Positions 1 through 13,180 of a DNA stretch of 64,000 nt are shown here, in pieces. The notes below the pieces were generated by a model. The model had not been told where the DNA came from and did not search any database. It worked only from the letters and a program-made list of their open reading frames with translations. Positions within the stretch are counted from its first letter, which is position 1. Every line of letters starts with the position of its first letter. Made by a program: the position numbers and the translations under genes. Source of the DNA: Octopus bimaculoides (taxonomy: Eukaryota); contig NC_068984.1 in NCBI RefSeq assembly GCF_001194135.2, positions 111,149,665-111,213,664 of the forward strand, read 5' to 3'.

Positions 1-230
1 ATGTTGTTTGTATGTGCGTTGCTGTGTACGTGTGTGTGCGTGCGTTTGCTATTGTATATGCGTGTGTTGTTTATGCCCATGTGTGTATGATTGTATGCGT
101 GTCTGTGTGAGTGTGTAGTGTTGGTGAGAAGTGTGTGTGTATGTGGGTGTGTGCGTGTGTGTGTATATGTGTGGATGTGCGTGTGTGTGTGGGGGATTGT
201 GAGTGTTAGGTACGGGTGTGTGTGTGAGTG
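1..230. repeat. Degenerate (GT)n microsatellite
   Basis: Interrupted TG dinucleotide runs throughout. Confidence 0.9.
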
Positions 231-537
231 ATTGAGAAGTTACTTATCTAAGTTTGGAATAGATACACACTAATCTAGTGCTCTAACTTGTCAGATTCTT
301 AAATTCCAACTTCCTAATGATGGTAAAGTAATCCAGATCAAGAACTGGATATAAGAAATACATAGTTAGAGTGAATAATAAAGAGACAACAGATGAATGA
401 ACAATTATAGGTGGCAGGAATTCATTGATAGGAGATGTTACATATACAAATTCATATTACAGAGGTGGATATTTCAGGTGTGCTAGGTGTGCGTTGCACA
501 CCCATCGTAAATGGCAAGTTCATGATGAATATTAACT

Positions 538-751
538 TTACTCTTTTACTCTTTTACTTGTTTCAGTCATTTGACTGTGGCCATGCTGGAGCACCGCCTT
601 TAGTCGAGCAATTCGACTGCAGGACTTATTCTTTGGAAGCCTAGTAGTTATTCTATTGGTCTCTTTTGCCGAACTGCTAAATTACAGTGATGCAAACACA
701 CCAGGATCGGTTGTCAAGCGATGTTGGTGGGGGACAAACGCAGACACACGA

Positions 752-826
<75 letters not shown>

Positions 827-988
827 AATATAACAGGCTTCTTTCAGTTTCCATCTACCAATTACACTCATAAGGCTTTGGTCGGCCTGAGGCTATAGTA
901 GAAGACACTTGCCCAAGGTGCCACGCCGTGGGACTGAACCCAGAACCATGTGGTTGGTAAGCAAGCTACTTACCACACAGCCACTCCT
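538..988 (-). mobile_element. tRNA-derived SINE family A (CORE-like, internal CA/TA microsatellite), full length
   Basis: Minus-strand head AGGAGTGGCTGTGTGG (A box) ... GGTTCAGTCCC-like (B box), followed by CCTTGGGCAAGTG resembling the CORE/MIR domain; tail AAGTAAAAGAG repeats; about 15 related copies or fragments in the window. Confidence 0.9.
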
Positions 989-1274
989 TACTCATTAATT
1001 TAACCACAAATCTCAATGGAAAACTTTTGTTGTACTCCTGCTTGAAATTTGGTGTCATTGGCTGTGGCAGCACACCCAATACAACAACAACCTTACCTCA
1101 CTGGTCTTTTTCCCTGCACAAGAAATGGATCCTGTCCACCAATATATTTGTTGGCTTGCTGCCAGACAAAACTGTTCATTGACATTTCTTCCAAGTCTTT
1201 AAATTCTGAGTTCAATTCTTGTCAGAGACAAATTTGTCTTACTCTCACTTATTATTATTATTATTATTATTATT

Positions 1275-1480
1275 AAGGTGGTGAGCTGGCAGAATCATTA
1301 GCATGCTGGGTGAAATGCTTAGTGGTATTTCGCCAGTCACTACATTCTGAGTTCAAATTCTACCAAGGTCAACTTTGCCTTTCATCCTTTCAGAACCGAT
1401 AAATTAAGTACCGGTCATGTACTGGGGTTGATGCAATTAACTATCGCTCTCCCTTCGAATTCTAGGCCTTTTGCACATAA
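1275..1480 (+). mobile_element. tRNA-derived SINE family B
   Basis: AAGGTGGTGAGCTGGCAGAATC head, GAGTTCAAATTC B box, GTCAACTTTGCCTTTCATCCTTT...GATAAATTAAGTACC central domain (Meta-domain-like), flanked by (TTA)n. Confidence 0.88.
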
Positions 1481-2119
1481 AAGAAATAATCATTATTGCT
1501 GTTGTTATTATTATTATCATTATTATCATTATTAATTATTATTATTATTATTATTATTATTACAATTATTATTGTGTAACCTATTATATGACAAATAACT
1601 TTTCTACCATGCTTAATGTCAGGAAATATGGTACACTTACAATAAATATAATTTGACTTTTATCTAATTTCTTGGTTCTTGTAGAAAGTGATGAAATGAA
1701 TGCTAATTTTCAAAAGAAAACTATTTATTTCCTTAAAATCAAATCAAATAAAACAAATTCCTCATTTGTATATTTATCATAATTATGTTATTATTTTTCT
1801 TTAACTCTTCTCATATATATATATATATATATATATACTCTATCATTCCTCCTCTTCCTTTTCCACTTCCTCCTTTTTATATTCCTCCTCAGTCTATGAT
1901 CCTTTCTTTCTCAAAAGTGCATTTGACCTGTATCTTTCATGTTAACCTTGTCTGTATCTCTGTTTCACTCTTCTCTGCCCCTCTCTATCTTTCTCTGCTC
2001 TTTCTCTTTCTCTCTCTCTCTCTCTCTCTCCCCGTGATGTAAAATGTAACTGGAGAAATTAATCAATCAACCACCCAACCAATATTTGTATTAACAATTA
2101 TCAATGGAGATTTCTATTA

Positions 2120-2335
2120 TTAAGGCGGTGAGCTGGCAGAATCGTTAGCAGGTTAGATGAAATGCTTAGTAGCATTTCGCCTGTCGCTCCATTCTCAGTT
2201 CAAATTCCACTGAGGTCAACTTTCCCTTTCACACTTTTGAGGTCGATAAAATAAGTACTAGTGAAACACTAGGGTCGATGTAATCGACTTATCCCCTCTC
2301 CCAAAATGGCTGCTCTTGATGCAAAATTTGAAGCC
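2120..2335 (+). mobile_element. SINE family B
   Basis: Same head, B box and central domain; tail runs into (TTA)n. Confidence 0.88.
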
Positions 2336-2377
2336 ATTATCATTATCGTTGTTATTATTATTATTATTATTATTATT

Positions 2378-2740
2378 CTTATACACACAACAGATTAGAC
2401 TGTTGAAAAAAAAGTTACTAACGTAGGGCTACATGTAACCTTAGATACCAAGAACCTTCCAAAGTATCCTAGTTGTCCCTAATAATACTGCTTTCTGGAA
2501 GAGTACTAAACTAGGTTTTATGCCTATTTCTTCAATCCCTCAGTCCAAATCTTTAGGGATATTTTCTAATGCACTTATACTACAGATACATTCTACCAGA
2601 ACATTCCATAGTCTCTGCAACTCAAGGGTTAGGTCCAGGTACTATTTTCTCTGTACCTCTCATATGGACTTTCTCACCATTTGGTACTATAAATTTCATT
2701 ACCTGATACTTTCTATCCTCTTTATCTACAACTACTAAAC
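2378..2740 (-). mobile_element. R4/Dong-type non-LTR retrotransposon 3' fragment (REL endonuclease tail), degraded
   Basis: Minus-strand translation gives VVVDKEDRK...KPSLVLFQKAVLLGTTRIL, matching the REL C-terminus; ends in (TAA)n. Confidence 0.65.
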
Positions 2741-2744
2741 CACG

Positions 2745-3108
2745 TTCAAATTCCACCGAATTTCATCCTTTCAGGGTTGATGAAATAAGTACCAGTTACA
2801 TACTGAGGTCAATCTAATCGACCATCCCCTCCTCCAAATTTTCAGGCCCTTGTGCCTACAGTCGAAAGGATTCTTCGTAGTAGTAGTAGGACAGCAAGCT
2901 GGCAGAATTGTTAGTATGGCGGTCAAAATGCTTGGCAGCATTTTATCTATTTTTACATTCTGAGTTGAAACTCTGCCAAGATCAACTCTACCGTTTATCC
3001 TTTTAGGGTCGATAAAATAAGTACCAGTTTAGTGCTGGGGTCAATGTAAACAACCTATCACATCTCACAAAATTGCTGGCCTTGTGCCAAAATTTGAAAC
3101 CACAATTA
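2745..3108 (+). mobile_element. Two tandem SINE family B copies (first 5'-truncated)
   Basis: TTTCATCCTTTCAGGGTTGATGAAATAAGTACC at about 2761 and a full head at about 2890. Confidence 0.8.
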
Positions 3109-3221
3109 TTATTCCTTCATTAGATGAACTAGCCAAATGAAGTTGTATATTTATCTTGTAGGTTCACATCTGTACCATTCCATGCTTTCAGGAACTTTCA
3201 GAACTACATTATCATTGTGAA

Positions 3222-3500
3222 AGTTGTGTGGCTTAATGGTTATGCTGTTGCCCTCATGATTGCAAGATTGTGGTTTCGATTCCCAGGCCAGCAGTGCATT
3301 GTGTTCTTGAGCAAAACACTTCATTTCACATTGCTCCACTCCACTCAGCTGTGAATAGGTAACCCTTGATGGACTGGCATTTCGTTCAGAAAAAAATATT
3401 GGTCTTCCCACCTAGCCAATGGGGTGGCATCATTCAAAAGCTACAACAATGCATGGAAGCGCATTGTGACCAGTGGTGTGTAACATCTAATAGTCCGGTC
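3222..3500 (+). mobile_element. tRNA-derived SINE family C
   Basis: TGGCTTAATGG A box, GGTTTCGATTCC B box, TGTGTTCTTGAGCAAAACACTTCATTTCAC body; related copies at 17045-17278 (-) and 49083-49235 (+). Confidence 0.8.
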
Positions 3501-4090
3501 CGGTCAGTACTGTGATACGTTATCATTGTCATTGCCTATGACCTTCAATTTTTAAGACAGTAGATTGTGGTTCGAGGGAAATTTAACTACCATCTCTAGG
3601 AATCTGGTCACTTACATATAATCTCCTTGTTGTCTCATACTTTGTCTTTACAAACTATTTATCTAGTTTTATCGGTTGTTCATTAAGGTCATTGAATTTA
3701 CCATTTTTACATCCATTCTGACTAACTGCTGTCACTGCTTTGATTTCAAGAGAAGTTAACTGCAGAGAAAATGTAACCCAATTTCTGGCAAGCATCTTAT
3801 TGTGTGTCATTGATACCTGATTTATTACTTTTGGACACAAGGGGCATACACTAGTATTTCTTATGGATCTGAAAGGTAATGTGCATCATCAATAATCACT
3901 GTTCTCTGCCATCATCTTTTCTTTCACAATGTTCGCTCCGTGAAATATTTGATTTATTGTCTACTATTTGAGTCAAATATTGTGATCTATTATGTCAAAT
4001 TCTGTCTTTGTCTAGTCCAGTATTACAAATCCATATTGTTATCATCTTTGTCATCATGGTTCTTCTTCTTGTTGTTCTTGTTGTTCTTCC

Positions 4091-4128
<38 letters not shown>

Positions 4129-4129
4129 G

Positions 4130-4575
4130 CATTCCATAGTCATATTTTTATTGTGTGCTTTCACTGTACTGGTTGAGTGTAGCTCTGTGTGCCTTGGGTA
4201 TGTACTGCAGTTTGTTTTGTTGTTGCTATTTTTACTCTATTGAATATGCTCTTCATAAGATGTGTGCAGTCTGTGTCTGACCATGCTGTTTTCTGTAAGT
4301 TTCATATATACATATATATACATACATATATATAAATACATACATATATATAATTTGCAGAACTATACATGAATTGTCTTCATGAAATAAGACTTGAGTA
4401 CAGTCCCAATGTCATCGGTAGTACATACATATATATATATATTTATATATTCATTAGTTTTTGGTTATTTGTGCACATGTTTTTGCACCATAGGTAAAGC
4501 ACCTATTATTATAGAGATTGTTTCTGTTTGCAGACCCTAGATCTAGGTTATTTCTATTTCCAAATCTTTGTATCA
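4130..4575 (-). mobile_element. R4/Dong-type LINE 3' end, split by a TA microsatellite
   Basis: Minus strand reads YKDLEIEIT*I*GLQTETISIIIGAL (REL KYxDL...GALG motif), then a 3' UTR ending in (TAA)n. Confidence 0.75.
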
Positions 4576-4689
4576 TTATTATTATTATTATTATTATTAT
4601 CATTATTATTATTACCATCATCACCGTCGTCATTGTTGTTATTGTTTCGTCATCATCATCATCATTCTTTTTGTTATTACCATTATTAT

Positions 4690-5975
4690 TGTTTTACTTT
4701 TCAGAGTGTTCAGTCTTCTTTGTTCTGGTAGATTCTGTAAGAGTTTCATCTGACTTTTCACAGCTCATGATTTCATTTGCTTGAGTTAATTTTGCAAGAG
4801 CAGACAGCAACCTGTTGTCAAAAGGCCTTACATGGCCTCTTTCAATGACACTTAACACCCAAGTACCAATCTAAAAATCCTTGCTGTCCCCGATAAAGTA
4901 GCTTTCTAACCATGTTCTACACTCGTGTTAATCCCAATTTCTCCAACAAATTTTTCAAACCTGGTTGTAAATGCTCGTAGTGCCCCTACAACTACAGGGA
5001 TGACAATTACTGTTTACATTACCCACATTTATGCAATTTAATCTTTTAATAGCTTGTACTATTCTACCTTTACTGGCTCTTTGTTATCCGCTTGGGTATC
5101 TCCAGGTATGGCAATATATATGCTTTTCCTATCTTTCTTCCTTTCACCCACTAGAACGATGTCTGGTCTCCAAGCATCTGTCTCTCAGATCTTATACTCA
5201 TTATTTTCAGTAACAACTTCTGGTTTATGCTTGTATCATTTCTATATCCTTTCAAGACTGTACATCTCACACAATCTCCAGTGAACAAACTTAGTTAGAT
5301 TATCATGCCTCCTTTTGTATTCTTTTTGAGCTTATTTGCTATACTCACTCATAATATATGAAACTGGGTGATCTTTCGTTTTGAGTACATTTAACATCAT
5401 TTCTAATCCACATGCGTTTGTTTGTTTCTGAACAAGATCGTCGCTTTCCGTAAAAGGGTTCTAGGGTTAGGGTTAGGGAATTCCGTCCCTCACCTTAACC
5501 CTAACCCTAACCCCCTTTTACGGTAACATAAACAAACGCACGTGGATTAGAAATGACGTAAAATGTACTCAAAACGAAAGATCGCCATGAAACTGTTTTA
5601 TTTTTGATGCCACACATCCTACAAAAGATGCTCTTATCTATTTGGAACTTGGTGTAATTAGTTCTCAGAGTTTTATTCTTGGCACTGCATATCAATGTTT
5701 CAATGTTTCCTTTCAGATCACTTTCTTTATTCACCTCCAGGTGTTTTTATTATCTTTCCCTTCGAATTCTCTGAGGCATTATACATGGATCGTCTCCATT
5801 TTCCAATCCTTTGATCTTTGTTTTCTGTCTTGTTTCTGAAATGTTTTTGGGTGTCACATTTTCACTAGATATCATGTTGCTATTTGAAACGGCAACAAAG
5901 GTTCAATCTGCTGTCTGACATACTATCTCAGACTATCATTATTGTTATTAGGGTATTAGACTCAGGAATATTAGG
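4690..5975 (-). mobile_element. R4/Dong-type LINE 3' fragment (CCHC knuckle + REL endonuclease), interrupted by a MITE
   Basis: SDLKGNIETLICSAKNKTLRTNYTKFQIDKSIFCRMCG...KTVS|YIMSEYSK*AQKEYKRRHDN and VIPVVVGALRAF...KATLSGTARIFRLVLGC*; ends in (TAA)n. Confidence 0.85.
5367..5586. mobile_element. Palindromic MITE with 9-bp TSD and internal telomeric (TTAGGG) repeats
   Basis: Arms begin GG(T/C)GATCTTTCGTTTTGAGTACATTT; ATGAAACTG at 5358-5366 and 5587-5595; TTAGGG units on the left arm, CCCTAA units on the right arm. Confidence 0.9.
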
Positions 5976-6349
5976 TGATTGAACCAAAGGGTGCATTGTG
6001 TTCTTGTACTAAGCATATCCTTTCTTCCCTGCTTCCTTCAAAACGGTAAGGTGGAAGAACTATTAGTCCACCAGACAAAATGCTTAGCAGCATCTTATAT
6101 CATCAGATTTTTCTCTCATATGAGTTATCTTTTTCACTACCCAGAATACTTTGCATTTAACATGCATTCTTCATTCTTAATATTGTCCTTCTCTGCTGAC
6201 ATTTTATATTGATTAACCTTCTTTGTCACTGAATTATCTCTCCTACTCCACCCCATACCTTTCTTGCTCTCTCCCCCATACCCTGCATCCACCTTTCTCT
6301 TCACGTGTTAGTAACATGACCCTCCACACATCATCTTCTTCTATATCAT

Positions 6350-6549
6350 TGTTATAGGGATAATAATGACAGTGGAACACCCCTTCTACGTGACGAGTGG
6401 TATGTGATAGTCATAACAAATACTGTGATGTAAGAAGTAGAATGGTCGAAAAGTCAGTGAAGTCAGTCATAGAGTTGTGTCATTACTTGTCTAACTAACT
6501 ATACTGCTATACTGGAGTGGATGTTATAACAGTCCAACACTGGATTACA
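6350..6549 (+). repeat. Probable 5' LTR of the Gypsy element, followed by a PBS-like TGGAAACGAGG (6554-6564)
   Basis: Starts TGTTAT, ends ...TTACA; PBS-like sequence 4 nt downstream; gag begins about 130 bp later. Confidence 0.55.
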
Positions 6550-6681
6550 TCAGTGGAAACGAGGAATTAACAAATTCACAAGGAATTAAGAAACTCATGA
6601 GGATTAAACAAACTCACAAGGAGTTACAAAACTCACAAAAGCTTTCTGTGCGAATTTTACAGTATAGAAAATTGTAAAATT

Positions 6682-8690
6682 ATGGAAGTATTGATGGCTG
6701 ATTTGCTTGAGTTACAAAAACAGCAACAACGACAACTGTAAGAACAACAACTGGAAGAGCAACAACGGCAACAAATGCTGCAATTAATGAATAGTAAGGC
6801 ATCCAAAAATGCTGAAAAGATGTTCTTGCCAGATTATGTTGCAAACTCAATAATGGAATGTAAGTATGAACCAGACGAAGGAGTTTATAGAAGATATGAA
6901 CAGATTTTCAATAAAGAGTGCAAAGAGTGGAATGACAACATGTAAATGTCTCTAATCATAAGAAAATTGGTAGCAGGAGAACATGAGCATTACAGCAATT
7001 ATGTACTCCCAAAAAGACCTTCTGACATAAACTTTAGGAATACAATAGACATGTTGTGTAACATCTTTAGTTAGAAAAGCTCTTTGTTCAATACATGTTA
7101 GAAATGTTTGAATCTAGAAAAGAACAATGAGGAGGACAACATCACATATGCTGGTAGAGTTGACAGGGAATTTGAAAAGTTCAAGCTGGATGAGTTAAAG
7201 CCAGACATATTCAAGTGCCTGATATTTACTCAGGGACTAACTACAGAAAAAGACACAGAAGTAAGAACAAGATTTCTTGATAAGCTGGTGCAAAACCAAG
7301 CTGTGACTTTACAACAAGTGTCAGTAGTGTGTAAAAGAATAATAAATCTAAGACATGACACAGAGAAAATTGAACATAAAGATTGCTCCCAAGTGAAACA
7401 AATGTGAAATAGGCAGAATAGAAATCAATTGTGTTCTAAAATACAGTACAAACGGGACAAAAGTCAGGAAACAAACCAATGTTTTGCATGTGGTGGTCTA
7501 CACCTGAGAAAAACTGCCTGTTTAAGAAAGTGAAATGTTTCCATTGTGAAAAAATTGAACACATTAAAATGCATTGTAAAACCATGATGACAAAACGTTT
7601 GAACAAAGAAAAAAGAGTAAACAAGACGTAGTTGAAAGAAAATGTAACAAAATCATAAATGTAAAAATGCAATTAGATATTGGAAATGATATTACCATTG
7701 TGAATAAAGAAACTTGGAATATATTGGTAAGCCGAAATTAAGTAAATCTGCAAATGTAGCACATGGTGTTATGGGTAAAAGATTGTATTTTGTGGGTGAA
7801 TTTGTGTGTAATGTGACCAAATGAAAGTATGTGTTAAAAAATTAAGTATATTTGTTTGGCATGGAGAGAATGAAACAGTTCAAATTGTGGAATATGCCCA
7901 TAAATGTTTTGTGTGAGAAAATAGTCAGTTCAATCAAAGGTTCGAATGTAGCTGAGGGATTGAAACCAAAAATAAAACATTTATTCCCAGTTGTTTTCTC
8001 GGATGAACTTGGCTGCTGCTTGCAAATGAAGGTAAAAATTGTAGCAAAAGAAAGTGCAACAACTGTATTTAAACTAAAACATAATGTACCATTCACAGCA
8101 CTACAACAGTTAAATAAGGAACTTGAAAGACTTACAAGCCTAGGAATAATCGAGAAGATAGACTGCTCAGATTGGGCAGCACCTACGTTCTATGTAAAAA
8201 AGAAAAATAATGTCACAAGTTTGTGCAGATTTTTCAATGGGTTTAAAAGATTGCTTAAGCCCACATAACCACCCATTGCTGTTTCCTGAGAAAGTGATTG
8301 CAAAATTGGAGGTAAATTCTTCTCAAAACTAGACCTCTCTGAGGCATACTTACAAATCCAAGTAGAAGAAGAATGCTGACACTTATTAGCCATTAATACA
8401 TACCATGGCTTATTTAAATTTAAGCAGCTTCCCTTCAGTGTAAAAGTGGTTCTTTCCATACTTCAAACAGTAATAGATACAATGCTGGCAGACTGTAATT
8501 TTGCTATTCCCTATTTAGACAATATCCTAGTAAAAAGCAAATCACACAAACACGTAGAGCACATAAAAAGGGTATTCAAAAAGATGAGAGAATGCAGCTT
8601 TAAGCTAAGTGAAGAAAATGTGAGTTCTTTCTGAAAAAAATTAAATACTTGGGCCAGATAATAAATAAAAACATATGGAAACTAGATCCA
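6682..8690 (+). pseudogene. Ty3/Gypsy gag-protease-RT, multiply disrupted, 3'-truncated
   Basis: Gln-rich gag start, FKCLIFTQGL, tandem CCHC knuckles (CFACGGLH.../CFHCEKIEH), LDIGND protease site, DWAAP, KLDLSEAYLQI, PYLDNILV (YxDD-like); stops and frameshifts. Confidence 0.92.
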
Positions 8691-8694
8691 GTAG

Positions 8695-9478
8695 TTTCTG
8701 GCTGTTCCTCCTAGAGTATAGACATGTAGTGTATGCTCAATGGATTTTTGTTTTCACTGAACACATTGAGCAGAGATATTGCATCAAGTTTTACCAAAAG
8801 CTTGGTGATACTTAAGCTCAGGCCATCTAGAAAATTCAGCATGCCTTTGGCGATGGTGCCATAGGTAAAACTCTGATCAAGAAGTGCTACCACTGCTTCA
8901 AACATGACCGTACCTGAGTGGAAAGTGGTGCACTCTTGAGCAAACTATTTACAAGCCAAAACGAAGAGCTAATTCTGAAGATTCAGCTAATAATAATGGA
9001 AGTCTGTCATATAACAATCCAGGACATTGCACATAAAGAAGAAATAATTACAAGATCAGTACATTCCATTTTAACAGAGGATCTGTGCTTGCAAAGAATG
9101 TCAGGGAAATTCATCCCCAAGGTGCTGGCAGAGCTGCAGAAACAACTCCACATGGAAATCGTTCAGAACATCCTAGATTGTGCAAACCTGGACCCAGACT
9201 TTATGAAGACCATCATCACTGGTGATTAGACATGGGTTTATGGTCTCTGCTCAATGTGTTTGATCATCCTCTGTGAAAATGAAACTATGATGAACACACA
9301 CTATGCAGTTCTACTCTAGGCATAACAGCTGGTAAATGACTTGGGCTACCAACATGACAATCTTCGCACATACGCAAGAAGAGTGGTGCCATTTCTCACC
9401 TGAAGGATTTTTCCCTAACAGCATTAGTTTTGGCAGGAAAAAAATAAAGTTGGATGCTTTTAGAACGCATCTTGTATA
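8695..9478. mobile_element. Rearranged mariner transposon remnant
   Basis: ORF 8918-9229: VHSILTEDLCLQRMSGKFIPKVL...DPDFMKTIITGD (mariner HTH plus first catalytic D); TIR-like end GGATGCTTTTAGAACGCATCTTGTA at about 9452-9477. Confidence 0.8.
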
Positions 9479-9649
9479 TGTGTAAATATGTATATATATA
9501 TATGTGTATATATGTATGTGGGTGTGTGTGTGTGTGTGTGTATAAATTGATAACAAAAACTGAGTGGATACATATCCTTCAGGGTATCACAACATCACCA
9601 CGTCATGTAGGAGACAGACAGACGGACAGAGAAACAGGGAGGAAGATAG

Positions 9650-9845
9650 ATTGATAGATAGACACATAGATAGATAGATAAATGGATGGATAGATAGATG
9701 GATGGATGGATGGATGGGTAGATAGATGGATAGATAAATGAACGGATAGATAGATAGATGAATAGTTAAATGGATTGATAGATAGATAGATAAATGTACG
9801 GATAGATGGATAAATGAATGGACAGATGATTGATAGATAGATAGA
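9650..9845. repeat. (GATA)n/(GGAT)n compound microsatellite
   Basis: Direct reading. Confidence 0.95.
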
Positions 9846-10182
9846 CAGTGCAGCCCATGCCAGCATGGAACATGGATGTTAAATGATAATGATATATAAT
9901 TGTGCTAGTTAAGAGAAATTGTTGTTGAAATGATGATGATGATGATAATTATGTACAAAATTTATTTATCATATATGCATAAATATAAAATGTGCATGGG
10001 AATTATATTGAATGTCTGTGTACAATACATATATATTTTTATACACATGTGGACACACATGCTCACACACACACACACACATATTTATATACCAGTGTGT
10101 CTGCACATGTCCATGTATGTTTTCTTGTGTGTGTATATATATATATATATGTATGTGTGTTTGTGTGTCTATGTATACTCTT

Positions 10183-10594
10183 ATTCTTTTACTCTTTTAC
10201 TTGTTTCAGTCATTTGACTGCGGCCATGCTGGAGCACCGCCTTTAGTCGAGCAAATCGATCCCAGGACTTATTCTTTGGAAGCCTAGTACTTATTCTATC
10301 GGTCTCTTTTTTTGCCGAACCACTAGGTTATGGGGACATAAACACACCAGCATCGGTTGTCAAGCGATGTTGGGGGGACAAACACAGACACACAAACACA
10401 TACACACATATATATATATATACATATACATATATACGACGGTCATCTTTCAGTTCCCGTCCACCAAATCCACTCATAAGGCTTTGGTCGGCCCTAGTCT
10501 ATAGCAGAAGACACTTGCCCAAAGTGCCATGCAGTGGGACTGAACCCAGAACCATGTGGCTGGTAAGCAAGCTACTTACCACACAGCCACTCCT
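10183..10594 (-). mobile_element. SINE family A, full length
   Basis: Collinear with 538-988. Confidence 0.92.
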
Positions 10595-11044
10595 GTGCCT
10601 ATATGTATGTGCATATATACATATGAATATTTATCCTTCAAACATGATTTTTATAAAAACCCTTTCTTGTATAATATAGGAAATATTCATCAGCTTTCAT
10701 TATTTAGTTTGGGATTAACACAAATATATATGCCCCTATAACACTAAACACATCTCTCAATATATCCCACTTTTCAACCATCCTTTTGTAAATTTTAAGT
10801 TTATATTACTTTTTCCTTAGACACAATCTAAGGAATATGAAAGTAATTCTTCAATAAATATTATATATGTTTGATTAATTGTTTGCTTATTTTGAGAAAT
10901 TGGTGTTAAATTATTCTTTGAACGTGACTTTCTTCATTTAAACGAACATCATCAAGGTGCATCGTTGCTTTTTCTTCATCTTGTGTTTTTCAATCTGAAT
11001 GAAATAGTGTTTATTTATTTCATATTACAATAAAAGAAAACCTG

Positions 11045-11269
11045 CATATATATATATGTATGCATGTGTATATATTTGTGGAGATTGATAGCTATGCAAA
11101 CACCCACATGCACACATACATGCCTATATATATATGTGTGTGTGTGGGTGTGTAGGTGTGTATATCTATTTGTCTAGCTCTCCCTCTCTCCATGTATATA
11201 TATCTCCATATGTATGTATTTATATATGTATTTATATATGTATTTATATATGTATTTATATATGTGTGC

Positions 11270-11301
<32 letters not shown>

Positions 11302-11312
11302 ATACATATATA

Positions 11313-11348
<36 letters not shown>

Positions 11349-11980
11349 CATATATTTATATATATATATATACATATACATATTTATATGTATATATATA
11401 TACACACATATATATTATGTTATTTATATATATTTACGCATACACATATATATTTATATGTATATATATATACACACACATATATATATACACACACACA
11501 CACACACATATGTTCATACATACACAGGTAAGTACATACATATTCATTCATAATTCTTTGATCATAAATGTTTATGCATTCATATGTATATGTAGATGTA
11601 TTCATATATATATATGTATATATTTACATATGCACACACATACATCTGTTTTCTATGTAATAATTCATTAAAACATGCTTACAGTTTCTTTTTTTTTTTT
11701 TCTTAATTGTTCCCCTCTTCTTGTTATTTATTTACAGAAACATGCTCCCTTCTATTTCTTTTCAATTTTAAAAAGAAATTCTGTTTTATATTGAAGCAAA
11801 TTATCACATTGATTTATATAGCAAGAAACATACAGGCACAATGACATTCAGATTGTAAACACTGACACACATGTACACTCACTTATGCAAGTATGCAGTT
11901 GATATTGAGCGCACTACTTTTAAGGCCTTCAACGATTTTGCATATACCAGCATTTAGTAATAACATGCATACATACATTC

Positions 11981-12019
<39 letters not shown>

Positions 12020-12208
12020 TGCATATATATATATACAACTACATATGTATGTACATATATATACATACAAACATATATATATATATACATGTGCAAATAT
12101 ATATACACATATATATATGCATATATATATATATATATATATTTCTCATATACATACATACATAAAGAAAGATGTATCTAATAGATATACATGCATATAC
12201 ACTTTCAA

Positions 12209-12258
<50 letters not shown>

Positions 12259-12260
12259 AT
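11045..12260. repeat. Large compound (TA)n/(CA)n/(TG)n microsatellite field with a short unique AT-rich interval (about 11650-11960)
   Basis: Direct reading; source of many spurious YIYI/HTHT ORFs. Confidence 0.9.
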
Positions 12261-12539
12261 ATATCTACCCACTTACTATCTCTCTCCTATACACTCCTGC
12301 ACACTCTACTACACACCTTCCTATACAGATTTTTCCTGCACTGAAATACTCACATGTGCCTCTGATATCAATATAAATTGCTTCGTAGGCACATATTAAT
12401 ATTCAGAAACATATTTATTTATTCATACGTATGCACACACACACACACACACACACAAACACAACACCAACAAAAAGAAATACTTATTTTAAGCCTAAAT
12501 TCATTTTCTCAAAATTATGCTAGTTGCCTCAGATTCCAC

Positions 12540-13180
12540 CATCCTCCTCCTCCTCCTCCTCCTTTTCAATCCCTTCTTCATCCTCTACTTCCTCCTCCAT
12601 CTTCCTCATCATCATCACCACCATCATCATCAACATCATCATCATAACCATCATCGTCGTCGTCGTCACCACCACTATCATCATCATCGTCGTCATCATC
12701 ATCATCAGTAATAAGGTTAATAACTCTTATCATAATAATCGTTTCACAATGTGCGAAATTTTGAGGGAGGAACCTAGTTGATTACACTGACCCCCAGTGC
12801 TCGACTGATACCTTATTCATCGACCCCTGAGAGGATGAAAGGCAAAGGCAACTTTAGAAGAATTTGAACTCAGAACATAAAGTGGGACAAAATTGTTTAG
12901 TGGTACTTTGTCCAGCTTGCTAAGAATTCTACCAACTCAGCAACATGATGATGATGATGGTGGTGGTGGTGGTGATGACGACAGCAACAACAATGATGAC
13001 GATGGAGATGACAGCAATAATGATGAAAAGAGGAGGATCAGGAGGAGGAGAGGAAGAAGAAGAAGAGAAGCAAAAGGAGAAGGAGTCGAAAGAGAAGAAG
13101 AAAGAGAAGGAGGCGAAAGAAAAGAAGAAAGAAGAGAAGAAGAAAGAAGAGAAGAAAGAAGAAAGAGAAGAAAGAAGAAG
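12540..13180. repeat. (CCT)n/(CAT)n and (GAT)n/(GAA)n trinucleotide tracts flanking a degraded minus-strand SINE B (about 12760-12935)
   Basis: Direct reading; GAATTTGAACTCAGAAC and GGATGAAAGGCAAAG are SINE B motifs. Confidence 0.85.

Noticed and set aside
5456-5515. TTAGGG repeats as a true or fused telomere
   Set aside because: Only a few units, embedded in a TSD-flanked MITE.
10906-11005. Possible minus-strand terminal exon after TTTCATTCAG (frames ...QDEEKATMHLDDVRLNEESHVQRII* or ...KHKMKKKQRCTLMMFV*)
   Set aside because: Which frame the acceptor enters depends on the length of an A-run I could not count reliably (by my count the acidic frame has an in-frame TGA just after the acceptor); no upstream exon or homology was recognised, so RNA-seq would be needed.
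11092-12399. Numerous ORFs of [12 protein letters not shown] type here and across the window, plus poly-I/L/S/G/D ORFs
   Set aside because: They are translations of di- and trinucleotide microsatellites that happen to lack stops; there is no protein-like complexity.
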